The notes: a model not told the origin generated them from the sequence alone. DNA of 45,652 bases from an uncultured Methanosarcinales archaeon (GCA_964604995.1 CAZSAD010000010.1:1-45652), one strand, 5' to 3'. Shown: positions 1-10,058, counted from the stretch's first letter. A program made the numbers and translations.

Positions 1-737
1 GCTTTAGTAAAAAGTGCAACACTTGCCATTGCATAAATAATCAATAGAAAAACAAGAAATATCCTCATTATTGTAGTTGGAGTTGATGAGCCAAACTCTA
101 CATAATCATTAGCTCCCCAAGGAATTAAGTTTCCAAATAAATGATTAAACGGAGGATAACATATTATTGCAACTAGCCATCCAAGAAGTGTTGGTTCAAC
201 TGATTTTACTTTATTTTTTAATAGTGATGATTCAAAAGTGTAACCGAATGAAAAAATAAGAGTATCGAGCATAAAAAGACCAGTAAAAGAAATTGCAAAC
301 CACTGTGACCATGAAAAATTGAGGATAAAAGATACAAAAATATCAAAATTTGTATAAAAAAAATTTATCATTGTTGGAAGAAAAAAAAGTTTTACTGCAA
401 TAAATAAAACTGCTACTTTTTCATCTTTAGTTATTTTATTGTTATCATATTTATCTTGCTTAAAAAAAGAAATAAAATATTTTTTTATTGCTTGGATAAA
501 TAAATAAGGTTTTGAATTAGGAATAATATTTTGAGAGTTATGTTTAGGAATTGCTAAATAATAAATTGGTGAGAGAAGAGCATATGCTAAAAATAAATAT
601 AGCAAAGTTTTGTTAGTTTCTGGTGAGAGGAAACTTTGATAGTAAGGTAAAAAATTAAATAATAAAATTCCAAAAGCATAAACAAAAATGCCAGATAAAT
701 AAAGTTTTAGACCGCAAGTAAATGATTTTGAGTACAT
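1..737 (-). CDS. Partial polytopic membrane protein, probably isoprenylcysteine carboxylmethyltransferase/PEMT-like family; runs off the window start
   Basis: Not in the ORF track. Manual translation from ATG 737 gives MYSKSFTCGLKLYLSGIFVYAFG...VKLFFLPTMINF...FSFGYTFES...KVKSVEPTLLGWLVAIICYPPFN...IYAMASVALFTK, open to position 1 with several hydrophobic helices. The family call is from recalled similarity. Confidence 0.6.
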   Translation of the reverse strand, partial: MYSKSFTCGLKLYLSGIFVYAFGILLFNFLPYYQSFLSPETNKTLLYLFLAYALLSPIYYLAIPKHNSQNIIPNSKPYLFIQAIKKYFISFFKQDKYDNNKITKDEKVAVLFIAVKLFFLPTMINFFYTNFDIFVSFILNFSWSQWFAISFTGLFMLDTLIFSFGYTFESSLLKNKVKSVEPTLLGWLVAIICYPPFNHLFGNLIPWGANDYVEFGSSTPTTIMRIFLVFLLIIYAMASVALFTK

Positions 738-824
738 AATATATAAAAATAACAATTCTTAATATAAACTTTGCCAATAAATCCATTAAATTCATTAAAT
801 AAAAAAATAAATTTTTAATAAATT

Positions 825-1997
825 TTAGAAGGCATCTTTTATTTTTTTGAAGAATGATTTTGGAGGTTTAACATCTTCACCCATTTCTTTTCTTAATTGT
901 TCCAAAATTTCTTTTTCTTTTTTTGACAATGATTCTGGAACAACAACTTTTATTTTTACAAATTCATCGCCATAACTTCTTGCATGAAGGTGTGGCATAC
1001 CTTTGCCACGCATTCTAAAAACAGTATGGCTTTGTGTTCCTTCTGGAATTTTTAAACTTGCTTTGCCTTCGAGAGTTGGAACTTCAATTTCTCCGCCTAA
1101 TGCTGCGGTCATAAATGAAATTGGAACATCAAGATACAAATTTTCATCTTTTCTTTGAAAAATGCGATGTTCATTAATGTGCAAAACAATGTACAAATCG
1201 CCAGTAGGCCCATTGTGTTCGCCTGCTTGGCCTTCATTTGAAACTCGAAGTCTATTTCCTTCATCGACTCCTGGAGGAATATCAATTTCAATGCGTTTAG
1301 TTTTTTCAACTCGTCCACTGCCTTGACAATGCATGCATTTATTTTTGATAATTTTTCCTGAACCTGAGCATTTTTTACATTCTACAGTTGTTGCAAAAAC
1401 ACCAAATGGAACTCTTCTCATTTCTTGAATATGACCTGCACCATTACAAGCATCACAAGTTAAGATATCAGATTTATCTTTTGCACCAACACCACTACAT
1501 TTATTACAAGTTTCAAGTTTAGATACCACTATTTCTTTTTTTACTCCAAAAGCTGCATCTTCTAATTCAAGTTCCATGTCATATCTTAGATCTTCTCCTC
1601 TTCTTTGGGATTTTGATCTTGAACGTCTTGAACCAAATACTGAATCATTTGAACTATGCCCAAAAAATGAATCGAAAATAGAATCAAAATCGAAGGGATC
1701 TATTCCTGCACCCATAAAATCCCTAAAGTCATAGCCTTGATTTCCTGCACCACCTTGAGAGCCTGCTCCAAATTGATCAGCAGTAGTACCATAAGTATCA
1801 TATTGCTGGCGCTTTTGATCATCACCTAGAATTGATGCTGCTTCATTTATCTCTTTGAATTTTTCTGTTGCATCTGAATTTTTATTTATATCAGGATGGT
1901 ATTTTTTTGCAAGAGTCTTGTAAGCTTTTTTAATATCCTCTTTAGAAGCACTTTTTGAAACTCCCAAAATATGGTAATAATCTTTTTCCTTGCTCAT
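825..1997 (-). CDS. dnaJ: Chaperone DnaJ (type I, with zinc finger)
   Basis: J-domain with HPD (KKYHPDIN), a G/F-rich linker, four CxxCxGxG repeats and the C-terminal domain. Start moved from 2018 to ATG 1997 (MSKEKDYY), which follows a GAGGT RBS. Confidence 0.97.
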   Translation of the reverse strand: MSKEKDYYHILGVSKSASKEDIKKAYKTLAKKYHPDINKNSDATEKFKEINEAASILGDDQKRQQYDTYGTTADQFGAGSQGGAGNQGYDFRDFMGAGIDPFDFDSIFDSFFGHSSNDSVFGSRRSRSKSQRRGEDLRYDMELELEDAAFGVKKEIVVSKLETCNKCSGVGAKDKSDILTCDACNGAGHIQEMRRVPFGVFATTVECKKCSGSGKIIKNKCMHCQGSGRVEKTKRIEIDIPPGVDEGNRLRVSNEGQAGEHNGPTGDLYIVLHINEHRIFQRKDENLYLDVPISFMTAALGGEIEVPTLEGKASLKIPEGTQSHTVFRMRGKGMPHLHARSYGDEFVKIKVVVPESLSKKEKEILEQLRKEMGEDVKPPKSFFKKIKDAF

Positions 1998-2025
1998 ATA
2001 AATACCTCTAAACCCCAAGGGGAAA

Positions 2026-2072
2026 TATGTAAGATATATGTAAAATATACGTAAAATAATATGTAAAATAAT
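2026..2072. repeat. About four imperfect tandem copies of AT(A/G)TGTAA(A/G)AT-like units upstream of dnaJ
   Basis: atatgtaagat-atatgtaaaat-atacgtaaaat-aatatgtaaaat read directly from the sequence. Confidence 0.6.
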
Positions 2073-2193
2073 TTTTGATGCCAGCCGCTTTGCTCTTGTA
2101 TAAAGGGGCCATATTAAAATCTATCTTTATTTATTTAATCAAAAAAATAAAAAAATAAAATTTAGATTTATTTTATCTAAATTTATTTGAATT

Positions 2194-4128
2194 TTATTTC
2201 TTGGATTTTTTCTTTTTGTCTTCGTCTTTAACTTCAAAATTTGCATCAACTACTTTTTCTCCAGCTGAATTTGTTGATGAGTCTTGAGCTTCTTGTGAAC
2301 TATTTTCTGATGCTGAATCTGGTGCACCTTCAGAAGATGCGCCTTGAGCCTCTGCTTGCCCTTGCTGGACTTTTTCATAAAGTTCAGTTGAGAGTTTTTG
2401 CAGTTTTTCATTAATTGAATCCATCTTCTTCTTCATAGCATCTGCATCTTTAGTTTGCGCTTCAAGCAAAGTTTTTAACTCAGTAATATCTTTTTTAACA
2501 TCTTCAAGCTCTTCAGCTTTGACTTTGCCTTCGAAGTCTTTGAATAATCTTTCACTTGTATAAACTAAAGTGTCTGCTTGATTGATTATTTCTGCATCTT
2601 CTTTTCTTTTTTTATCAACTTCGGCATTCTCTTCAGCTGCTTTTCTCATTTTTTCAATTTCTGCATCACTTAGTTTTTGACTTGCTGTTATTTTAATTGA
2701 TGTTTCTTTTCCTGTTCCTAAATCCTTTGCAGTTACATGGACAATTCCATTTGCATCGATATCAAATGTAACTTCGATTTTAGGTATACCTCTTGGAGCT
2801 GGTGGAATTCCTATAAGATCAAATTGACCAAGTAATTTATTGTCTTGTGCCATTGGTCTTTCTCCTTGGAAAACTCTAATTGTAACGGCTGGTTGATTGT
2901 CTGCTGCAGTTGAAAATGTCTGGCTCTTTTTTGTTGGCACAGTTGTATTTCTTTCAATTTGCTTTGTGAAAACTCCGCCTAAAGTTTCAATTCCTAAAGA
3001 TAAAGGAGTTACATCAAGCAATAAAATATCTTTTACTTCACCAGCAAGAACACCTGCCTGGATTGCGGCGCCCATTGCAACGCACTCCATTGGATCAACG
3101 CCTCTTTCAACTTTTTTACTGACTAAATCCTCGACAAATTTTTGAACAATTGGCATTCTTGTTGGACCGCCAACCATAATTATTTTATCAATATCATTTC
3201 TGCCAAGTTTTGCATCTTTTAATGCTTGTTCAACTGGATGCTTGCATTTGTCAATTATTGGTCTTATCAATTCTTCAAGTTGCGATCTTCTAAGTTTTAA
3301 TGATAAATGTTTAGGACCTTCATTTGTTGCTGTTATGAAAGGTAAATTGATGTCAGTTTCCATTGTTGTAGAAAGTTCAATTTTTGCTTTCTCAGAGGCT
3401 TCTCTAACTCTTTGCATTGCCATACTATCTTTTGATAAGTCTACATTCTCTTGTTTTTTGAATTCTTTAGTTACCCAATCAATAACTAATTTATCCATAT
3501 CTGTTCCGCCAAGTTGCGTGTCACCAGATGTGGATTTTACTTCAAAGACACCTTGTCCAAATTCCATAATTGTAACATCTAATGTGCCACCGCCTAAATC
3601 AAAAACCAATATTTTTTGCTCTTCTTTTGTTTTGTCTAGACCATAAGCTAAACTTGCTGATGTTGGTTCATTTACGATTCTTACAACTTCTAATCCTGCA
3701 ATTGTACCTGCATCTTTAGTTGCTTGTCTTTGGTTATCATCAAAATAAGCGGGAACTGTAATTACTGCTTTTGTAATTTTCTCGCCTAAAAATTCTTCAG
3801 CATCTTTTTTTATTTTCTGTAAAATATATGCTGATACTTGCTGAGGAGTGTATTCTTTACCATAAACATTGTACTTGAAACTTGTACCCATTTTTCTTTT
3901 GGCTGCAAATACTGTTCCATCAGAATTGCTAACTGCTTGTCTTTTAGCTGGTTCACCAACTAAAACTTGACCATCCTTAGTAAAAGCGACTACTGATGGG
4001 AATGCTTTTCCATAGAGTGATGCGCCTTCTGCACTAGGAATGATTTTTGGCCTTCCTGCTTCAAGAAATGCTGCTGCTGAATTGCTTGTTCCTAAATCAA
4101 TACCAATTATTTTTTCTGCTTTTGCCAT
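2194..4128 (-). CDS. dnaK: Chaperone DnaK (Hsp70)
   Basis: [29 protein letters not shown] and [17 protein letters not shown] motifs; GAGGTGG RBS. Confidence 0.98.
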   Translation of the reverse strand: MAKAEKIIGIDLGTSNSAAAFLEAGRPKIIPSAEGASLYGKAFPSVVAFTKDGQVLVGEPAKRQAVSNSDGTVFAAKRKMGTSFKYNVYGKEYTPQQVSAYILQKIKKDAEEFLGEKITKAVITVPAYFDDNQRQATKDAGTIAGLEVVRIVNEPTSASLAYGLDKTKEEQKILVFDLGGGTLDVTIMEFGQGVFEVKSTSGDTQLGGTDMDKLVIDWVTKEFKKQENVDLSKDSMAMQRVREASEKAKIELSTTMETDINLPFITATNEGPKHLSLKLRRSQLEELIRPIIDKCKHPVEQALKDAKLGRNDIDKIIMVGGPTRMPIVQKFVEDLVSKKVERGVDPMECVAMGAAIQAGVLAGEVKDILLLDVTPLSLGIETLGGVFTKQIERNTTVPTKKSQTFSTAADNQPAVTIRVFQGERPMAQDNKLLGQFDLIGIPPAPRGIPKIEVTFDIDANGIVHVTAKDLGTGKETSIKITASQKLSDAEIEKMRKAAEENAEVDKKRKEDAEIINQADTLVYTSERLFKDFEGKVKAEELEDVKKDITELKTLLEAQTKDADAMKKKMDSINEKLQKLSTELYEKVQQGQAEAQGASSEGAPDSASENSSQEAQDSSTNSAGEKVVDANFEVKDEDKKKKSKK

Positions 4129-4151
4129 TTATACCACCTCGAATGATATAT

Positions 4152-4179
4152 TGAATATTATTTACTGAATATTATTTAC
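4152..4179. repeat. Perfect 14-bp tandem duplication (TGAATATTATTTAC x2) upstream of dnaK
   Basis: Identical copies at 4152-4165 and 4166-4179. Confidence 0.8.
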
Positions 4180-4193
4180 CATTTTATGAAAAT

Positions 4194-4541
4194 TTAGTGT
4201 GTTTCTTTCAATGCTAATGCTCTAAGTTCATCAACTCTTTTATGTGTTAATACTGGTTTTTCTTCACCTTTGAATTTTCTAAATGAATGAACATCTACAT
4301 TCTCGAATAGTTTTGCAATTTTTGAAGTTTTTAATTTGTCAGAGGGTTGAATTGAACCAAATGCTTCATGCAAAGCAAGATCTGTTGTGAATAATTCAAC
4401 CTCATGCTCCTTACAAATAATTTGAGTTTCGAGATCCTCGTCAGTTGTGATAAGATAGCGAAGGATGCTTTCTGGTGAAACAAAATATCTTTTTTTACTG
4501 TCATTGGGTTTTCTACTGCCAAAAGATTGTTCGTTGTCCAT
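4194..4541 (-). CDS. Hypothetical protein, possibly a degenerate PIN-fold protein, between grpE and dnaK
   Basis: 115 aa with AGGTGA RBS. YFVSPESILRYL...LFTTDLALHEAF resembles the PIN strand1/helix and 'TS..v..E' pattern but lacks the first catalytic Asp. Confidence 0.55.
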   Translation of the reverse strand: MDNEQSFGSRKPNDSKKRYFVSPESILRYLITTDEDLETQIICKEHEVELFTTDLALHEAFGSIQPSDKLKTSKIAKLFENVDVHSFRKFKGEEKPVLTHKRVDELRALALKETH

Positions 4542-4575
4542 TTTTTATCACCTAAATTTATCCATCATCAAATTT

Positions 4576-5196
4576 TTATACAATTTTTTTCTTTGAGATT
4601 TTTACTTTGCTGTGCCTTAATACTAAATCATTTAGCATGTATCCTTTTTGGAGCTCTTGTAAAATTTTATCTTCCTTTGAATTTTCGCATTCCTCTTGGA
4701 GTAAAGCTTCATGTTTGTAGGGGTCAAATTGTTTACCCAAACAATCAATTGGTCTTAGACCTGCATCGGCTAATGCTTGTTTAAATTGATTGAATATCAT
4801 TTCCATACCGGATCTGAATTTTTCTTCCCCGCCTTGTTGTTTATTTTTTAAAGCCATTTCGAAAGCATCAAGAGTTGGAAGTAAACTTGAGACGAACTTG
4901 TGATTACAATACTTTGCATATTGTTCTCTTTCTTTGTCAACACGTTTCTTGTAATTTTCAAAGTCCGCCTGAAGTCTTTGCAATGTTTCAGTGAGTTCGG
5001 CAATTTTCACTTCTTTTTTATCAATTTGATTAGTATTTTCTTTGTTACTTGCATTTTCTTTGAGATTTTCTTTATCTTGCTTTGATTCATTAATATTATT
5101 TGAATTTGTAAATGGATTTTCTACAGATTGGTTATCTGTTAAATTATTATCTTCTTGATTTGCATTTTGCATTTCCTCATTTTTTTTCTTTGTCAT
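4576..5196 (-). CDS. grpE: Nucleotide exchange factor GrpE
   Basis: LQRLQADFENYKKR, FDPYKHEA and QKGYMLNDLVLRHSKV motifs. Confidence 0.96.
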   Translation of the reverse strand: MTKKKNEEMQNANQEDNNLTDNQSVENPFTNSNNINESKQDKENLKENASNKENTNQIDKKEVKIAELTETLQRLQADFENYKKRVDKEREQYAKYCNHKFVSSLLPTLDAFEMALKNKQQGGEEKFRSGMEMIFNQFKQALADAGLRPIDCLGKQFDPYKHEALLQEECENSKEDKILQELQKGYMLNDLVLRHSKVKISKKKIV

Positions 5197-5282
5197 GTTT
5201 TCCCTCTGTCTAAACCAAAATATCGGATTGAGATATTGAAAAAATATTGAATATCTAATTTTTTATTATTTACTTATATCTT

Positions 5283-5333
5283 TGTTGAGTTTAAGTCAAC
5301 AGTGAAGAGATGAAATGAACACTCCTATATAAA
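5283..5333 (-). promoter_or_regulatory. Putative grpE-dnaK-dnaJ promoter (TTTATATA box at 5333-5326) with inverted repeat TGTTGA-N7-TCAACA (5283-5301) at the expected start site
   Basis: The TATA-like box and the palindrome are read directly. Their spacing of about 25-30 nt fits archaeal TATA-to-TSS distance. Confidence 0.45.
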
Positions 5334-5390
5334 GCTTTCGGGTTAAATTTAAATACTGGTCTGCTTTAAACTATAATTAAGAGTGAAAAA

Positions 5391-5798
5391 ATGAGATATT
5401 CTTACCAAAAAATAACAATAATAAAAAGCCAAAAACCTGAAGTTGTAGATATTAATTCTGATTTACAATGGTTTGGATCATCTTTAGGGTTATTTAATAT
5501 TCGCGACAAAGATAAATCAATGTTTAGAATATTTCTTGAACTTCTCAAAAATTCTAAAGTTAAAAAAACATTAAATAGTGATCAGATAGCAGCTAAATTG
5601 AATTTAACTAGGGGCACTGTTGTTCATCACTTAAATAAACTAATTGAAGCAGGTATTGTTGTAAATCAAAGAAACCAATATATTTTACGAGAAGAAAATT
5701 TAGAATTATTGATGACTGATCTAGAAAAAGACATGAGAAGAACCTGTGAAGATTTAAAAAAAATTGCCAAAGAAATTGATAAATGGTTTGAAATTTAA
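5391..5798 (+). CDS. Winged-helix (ArsR/TrmB-like) transcriptional regulator
   Basis: HTH LNSDQIAAKLNLTRGTVVHHLNKLIEAGIV followed by a wing and a C-terminal helix; divergent from grpE. Confidence 0.85.
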   Translation: MRYSYQKITIIKSQKPEVVDINSDLQWFGSSLGLFNIRDKDKSMFRIFLELLKNSKVKKTLNSDQIAAKLNLTRGTVVHHLNKLIEAGIVVNQRNQYILREENLELLMTDLEKDMRRTCEDLKKIAKEIDKWFEI

Positions 5799-5988
5799 AA
5801 AAATTGAATTGAATTAACCATTAAGTGGATGTTCTAATTTTATCAATATTTAATTTTATTGATAGTTTTATTGAATATTATTATTGAGATTAGCATTATT
5901 GAAGGATTTAATTAATTTAAATGAAGCAATTATCCATTAAATTATATAGATAGAAACATATATAAACGCCCTAACTTTCTTCTATCCC

Positions 5989-6333
5989 ATGAGTAAAAAG
6001 AAAGAAGAAATGGCTAGGCAAGAACAGCTAGAAATGGATATCCAAAGAGTTAAATTACCAAGAGGAAATGAAGTTTTTGGAATTTTAGAACAACGTGTTG
6101 GTGGAAGCAGAGCAAAAGTTCGATGCCTAGATAACAAAACAAGAATTTGCAGAATTCCTGGAAGATTAAAAAGAAAATTGTGGGTTAGAGAAGGAGACCT
6201 TGTTTTAATTGAACCATGGGAACTTTCTGGCGATGAAAAAGGAGATATTATTTTCAAATATAAAAAAAATCAAGTTGAGTTTATAGAAAGACGCGGTCTT
6301 CTTAAAAATCTTAGAGATTTCAATGAATTTTAA
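5989..6333 (+). CDS. eif1a: Translation initiation factor aIF-1A (eIF-1A)
   Basis: RICRIPGRLKRKLWVREGDLVLIEPW and KGDIIFKY, the OB-fold signature of eIF1A. Confidence 0.96.
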   Translation: MSKKKEEMARQEQLEMDIQRVKLPRGNEVFGILEQRVGGSRAKVRCLDNKTRICRIPGRLKRKLWVREGDLVLIEPWELSGDEKGDIIFKYKKNQVEFIERRGLLKNLRDFNEF

Positions 6334-7346
6334 TTTATTTTATTAAATTCTTTTCGTCCCATTAATTCGTCAATTATTTTTATCTCTTCTGTTTGATACC
6401 ATCCAAATTTTGTAAGTTCTGAATCACGCTCTGATTTTAAAGATTGTTCATTCAAACCTAGTTTTGATAAAAGCATACGTTTAGATTTGTCAGGGAGCGA
6501 AAGCATTGAATCAATAAAATTTGCAGTCGATTTATGAGCTTCTAGCTCGCTTTGAACCCAGTTAAGTGAGGATTTTAAATCTGATGTTGAAAAAGTTCTT
6601 ACATTTTCTTGGAAAAAATTATAGGTTTTACTATTTTGGAATTTATCTGAACTAAATTGTGCTGCATGCACCATTTCATGGAATAGAACTGAAAATAATT
6701 TATTTGGTTCAGTTACATCCCCTAAAGATATTATTCCAGTATCACCAACTTCAGCAAAGAAACCATCGGCACTCATAACAGTATTTATTTGATTTAATTT
6801 TAAAAAATATTTAGTACCATCTTTAAATGATGTAAAACTATCTGCAATTTTCTGTGTTGTTTTCGAATTAGAAATAATTATTTTTTTTGTTGTTCCTAAG
6901 ATATTTTGTTTAAAAGTATCAAAGTTTGAGAAGAAATCTAAGAATTTATTGATAGTATCAAAACTTAATGATGCTGATAGATAAATGCCTCCTTCCTTTG
7001 GCAGTTGACTATAAGAAGTAATTAAACTAGAGGATTGTTCGAGAAGTGATAAACCAAAGTCTCGATTATTGTTACTAAACATGCCTTCATTATTTTCTGT
7101 AATAGGTTTAATTGATAATTTTGAAGAAGAAGGCATTTTATTTTCATTAATTGTAATTTGATTTTGTAAATCAACATATTGTGCACTACTAGATTTGGGC
7201 AATTCTTTAACTGGAGCAATTCCTTGGTTAATTGAAGAAAGTGAATATAATGAAAGATGGGCTGAGGCGGACTCTAGACTACCCATGAATAGAATGCATA
7301 TTGCAATGGCTAGTAATGATGCCCATCTTTCATTTTTATGAGTCAT
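6330..7346 (-). CDS. Secreted protein with an HExxH zinc-metallopeptidase-like motif
   Basis: Signal peptide (MTHKNERWASLLAIAICILFMGSLESASA) if the start is ATG 7346 (ORF track start 7442). VLFHEMVHAAQ motif plus a downstream ELEAH. The stop shares TTAA with eif1a. Confidence 0.6.
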   Translation of the reverse strand: MTHKNERWASLLAIAICILFMGSLESASAHLSLYSLSSINQGIAPVKELPKSSSAQYVDLQNQITINENKMPSSSKLSIKPITENNEGMFSNNNRDFGLSLLEQSSSLITSYSQLPKEGGIYLSASLSFDTINKFLDFFSNFDTFKQNILGTTKKIIISNSKTTQKIADSFTSFKDGTKYFLKLNQINTVMSADGFFAEVGDTGIISLGDVTEPNKLFSVLFHEMVHAAQFSSDKFQNSKTYNFFQENVRTFSTSDLKSSLNWVQSELEAHKSTANFIDSMLSLPDKSKRMLLSKLGLNEQSLKSERDSELTKFGWYQTEEIKIIDELMGRKEFNKIN

Positions 7347-7690
7347 GAGGTATACTTCTTTACATCGGTGGTTTCCCGCTTGTTTTGTTTTTTTAGTAAT
7401 CTCTTTTTCGAATTGATATCGAAATGATGAATTGTTCACCATTTTTCGACATCAAAGTTGATTCTGTTTTCAGATCAAAGCAATGCTTTTTGCAAATGAT
7501 TTGAACTAATATATTAATTACATAACTAGTATATAAATTTTATGCTTTTGTATATCAGTATACTAAATAGGTATATAATATATTAGAAATTAAAATTTAA
7601 ATAAATATGAAAAAAATACTAATTTTACAAAAAGAGTAATATCAGAAGAGAAGGCATTATATTATTTGGCACTATTCAAAAAAAGTTTTT

Positions 7691-8203
7691 TCAATTCTCT
7701 GATTTTAACAAATTAAAAACAAGAAGAATTATTCCAATTGATAGTGCAGTATCTGCAAGATTAAAAATTGGCCATATTAAAAAGTCAAGAAAATCTGTAA
7801 CTGCACCAAAAAATACCCTATCAACTAAATTGCCAAGAATACCTCCTGATACAATACCCAAAAGAAGTTTTTCTTTTGAATTTGCTTTATTTAAACTAAA
7901 AATTATGAAACCAAAAACAATCACTCCAATCCATGCCAATAATGAATTGTTTCCTTGAAAAATGCTAAAACCAGCTCCAGTATTAGTTATATGAGTTAAA
8001 TGAAAAAATGGCAAAACGAAAATTGAAGTTTTTAGAGGGATAGTTTGCCTAATAATAAATTTAACAATCTGATCTAAAAATAGGACTATGGAAGCTGTAA
8101 AAATAAACCATTTGTACTCTTTGTAAAAAGAGTTATTAGAACTTGCAGGTTTAATTACTAATTTAGATTTTGAGATTGAATTTTTCTTTGATTTTTTAAC
8201 CAT
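7691..8203 (-). CDS. lspA: Signal peptidase II (lipoprotein signal peptidase, family A8)
   Basis: LDQIVK, NTGAGFS, GGILGNLVDR, VTDFLD and FNLAD motifs with both catalytic Asp residues; four hydrophobic segments. Confidence 0.92.
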   Translation of the reverse strand: MVKKSKKNSISKSKLVIKPASSNNSFYKEYKWFIFTASIVLFLDQIVKFIIRQTIPLKTSIFVLPFFHLTHITNTGAGFSIFQGNNSLLAWIGVIVFGFIIFSLNKANSKEKLLLGIVSGGILGNLVDRVFFGAVTDFLDFLIWPIFNLADTALSIGIILLVFNLLKSEN

Positions 8204-8310
8204 AATTTTAATTGAACTTTTGTTTTTAATAAATGTGACGGTTTTAGAAGAATAACTAAAAAAAATTGATTTAGAAAAATTAATTTAAATTATTAATTAT
8301 TTAATGTGTT

Positions 8311-8967
8311 TTACCAACCAGTTTTACGTCGCATCTGATCTCTTTCCATCATTCTTTCTATATTTGTTAAACGCTGATTAATTATATCCAAAGATGCTCT
8401 TAATGTTTCCATTTTTGATGAAAGAATTTCCATGTCCCTACTATCTGCTAGATTGCTTTGTGAATTAAAAGATGGTTGATTTGGATAATTTGACCCTGAA
8501 TTAAATGAAGGTTGCTGTTGAAATGAAGGCGAAGATGCTCCGGACATAGTAAATGGCCTATTAAGATCTGGTTGATCCATTCCTTGATTAAACTGTCTTG
8601 GTGGTGAACTATTAAAATTCGCAGATGGAGCTTGATTATAATTACCAAATGATTGAGACTGTATTGGCATTTGTGCTTGTGAAGATGATTGCATTTGTGG
8701 ATTAAAACTTTGCCTAGATTGTAAAGAAGAGGATTGTTGTAATGGGGGTGCATTTTGAAATTCGGGTTTTACAGATAAAGAAGAAGGTGCACCAAAATCA
8801 GCAGATGCTGGATTTGTTGACCCAAAATCACCTAATGATTTAGAATCTCCGAATGGATCTTTGTCTGAAGCAAATGGATCACTACCTAAATTATCATTAC
8901 CTAAACCTAAATCACTAAAACTAGTATCTTCTTTTTTCCAAAATTTTATTTTATCAAATAATCCCAT
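8311..8967 (-). CDS. Hypothetical protein: N-terminal amphipathic helix, Q/S/N/P-rich disordered core, C-terminal short coiled coil
   Basis: MGLFDKIKFWKK start, low-complexity centre with recurring PSFN, and DMEILSSKMETLRASLDIINQRLTNIER heptads. Confidence 0.75.
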   Translation of the reverse strand: MGLFDKIKFWKKEDTSFSDLGLGNDNLGSDPFASDKDPFGDSKSLGDFGSTNPASADFGAPSSLSVKPEFQNAPPLQQSSSLQSRQSFNPQMQSSSQAQMPIQSQSFGNYNQAPSANFNSSPPRQFNQGMDQPDLNRPFTMSGASSPSFQQQPSFNSGSNYPNQPSFNSQSNLADSRDMEILSSKMETLRASLDIINQRLTNIERMMERDQMRRKTGW

Positions 8968-9142
8968 TTTAATTCATTTGTTTGTTATTATAATTTGGAT
9001 GTGATTATGATTTTTAACAGATTTTTATAAAATTGTACCCTTTATTTTGTCTATTAACGCATACTTCACTATAAAAACTTTTTTTATCTTTGTACGGGGA
9101 CAAGGGCATTATCAATAATATATCAATAGTTAATTTAAATGA

Positions 9143-9934
9143 TTATTTTTGATTATCCCCAATTATTTTTGATTGTTCTTGATTATTAGTAATCAATTGA
9201 TCACTAACTGTTTGAAAAACAAAAGGAGGTATCAATTTTACAACTGTAAAAGTTATTGTTTCGGGATATATTACAATATTTCCAGATTGGTATTGTTGAA
9301 TTAAATAAATTGGACCTTTGTCTTTTATTGTTTGTGCAAACAACATGCTAAATAATTTGGCTTTGAAAGCAGAATCTGTTCCCATTTGGGTTTGAAACTG
9401 TGATTTTAGCTGTGCAATTGTTTTTTCATCATAGGTAGTTGTTTGTTTTCCAAGATAGATATCTATAAAAGTATCCAAAGGAGTTTTACTATCAAGTATC
9501 GAAAATGCTTCATTTTCATTTAATTTAAATTCCCCGGAATCAATCTGACCAAAACCGTGTATTGCACCTGAGCGAATAATCATTATTTTATAATATTTAT
9601 TTGCAAGATTTTCAAAATTATTGGTTGCAAGGTCTTCTTGAATTGTTATTAAATCCTTATCAGATAAGAAGGTTATTTGATCTTGATTGATTGTTGAATA
9701 TGCACCTAAAACAAGATTTTCATGAACTGTAATGAATAATTTTTCCTTTGTTGGAAAATTAATTTTCATGTCATTTACATCTTCTATGATTAAAACTACA
9801 AGCAATGCTGATGCAAGGAAAATAACTAAATTTGCTGCAAGAACTGCAAGAATTTTTTTCTTTATAAAAACAAAACAGAGTATAACTAAAACCAATACAA
9901 TAATTGCACCTGCTATAAGTACAGCTACACCCAT
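9143..9934 (-). CDS. Hypothetical membrane protein (two N-terminal TM helices and a soluble domain)
   Basis: 263 aa ORF with two hydrophobic stretches in residues 1-50; GGGGT RBS. Confidence 0.75.
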   Translation of the reverse strand: MGVAVLIAGAIIVLVLVILCFVFIKKKILAVLAANLVIFLASALLVVLIIEDVNDMKINFPTKEKLFITVHENLVLGAYSTINQDQITFLSDKDLITIQEDLATNNFENLANKYYKIMIIRSGAIHGFGQIDSGEFKLNENEAFSILDSKTPLDTFIDIYLGKQTTTYDEKTIAQLKSQFQTQMGTDSAFKAKLFSMLFAQTIKDKGPIYLIQQYQSGNIVIYPETITFTVVKLIPPFVFQTVSDQLITNNQEQSKIIGDNQK

Positions 9935-10058
9935 CTCTTTTACCCCTTTTTATTAAATTACATTTATTATATAATTACCAGATTAAATCTGTATAAATAA
10001 CTATACAAATGAATACTGTGTTAATATATAAAACTAACATATAAAATTGATATATAAA

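Noticed and set aside
2026..2072. Short tandem repeats here and at 4152-4179, 27242-27270 and 38742-38776 as a possible CRISPR array
   Set aside because: The units are 11-15 bp with 2-4 copies and no unique spacers of about 30-40 bp, and there are no cas genes.
2897..3646. Plus-strand ORFs of 82 and 134 aa inside dnaK, and similar antisense ORFs inside infB, elp3, rtcA, the coiled-coil genes and GT-C
   Set aside because: These are antisense shadows of well-supported genes, with no RBS or recognisable motifs.
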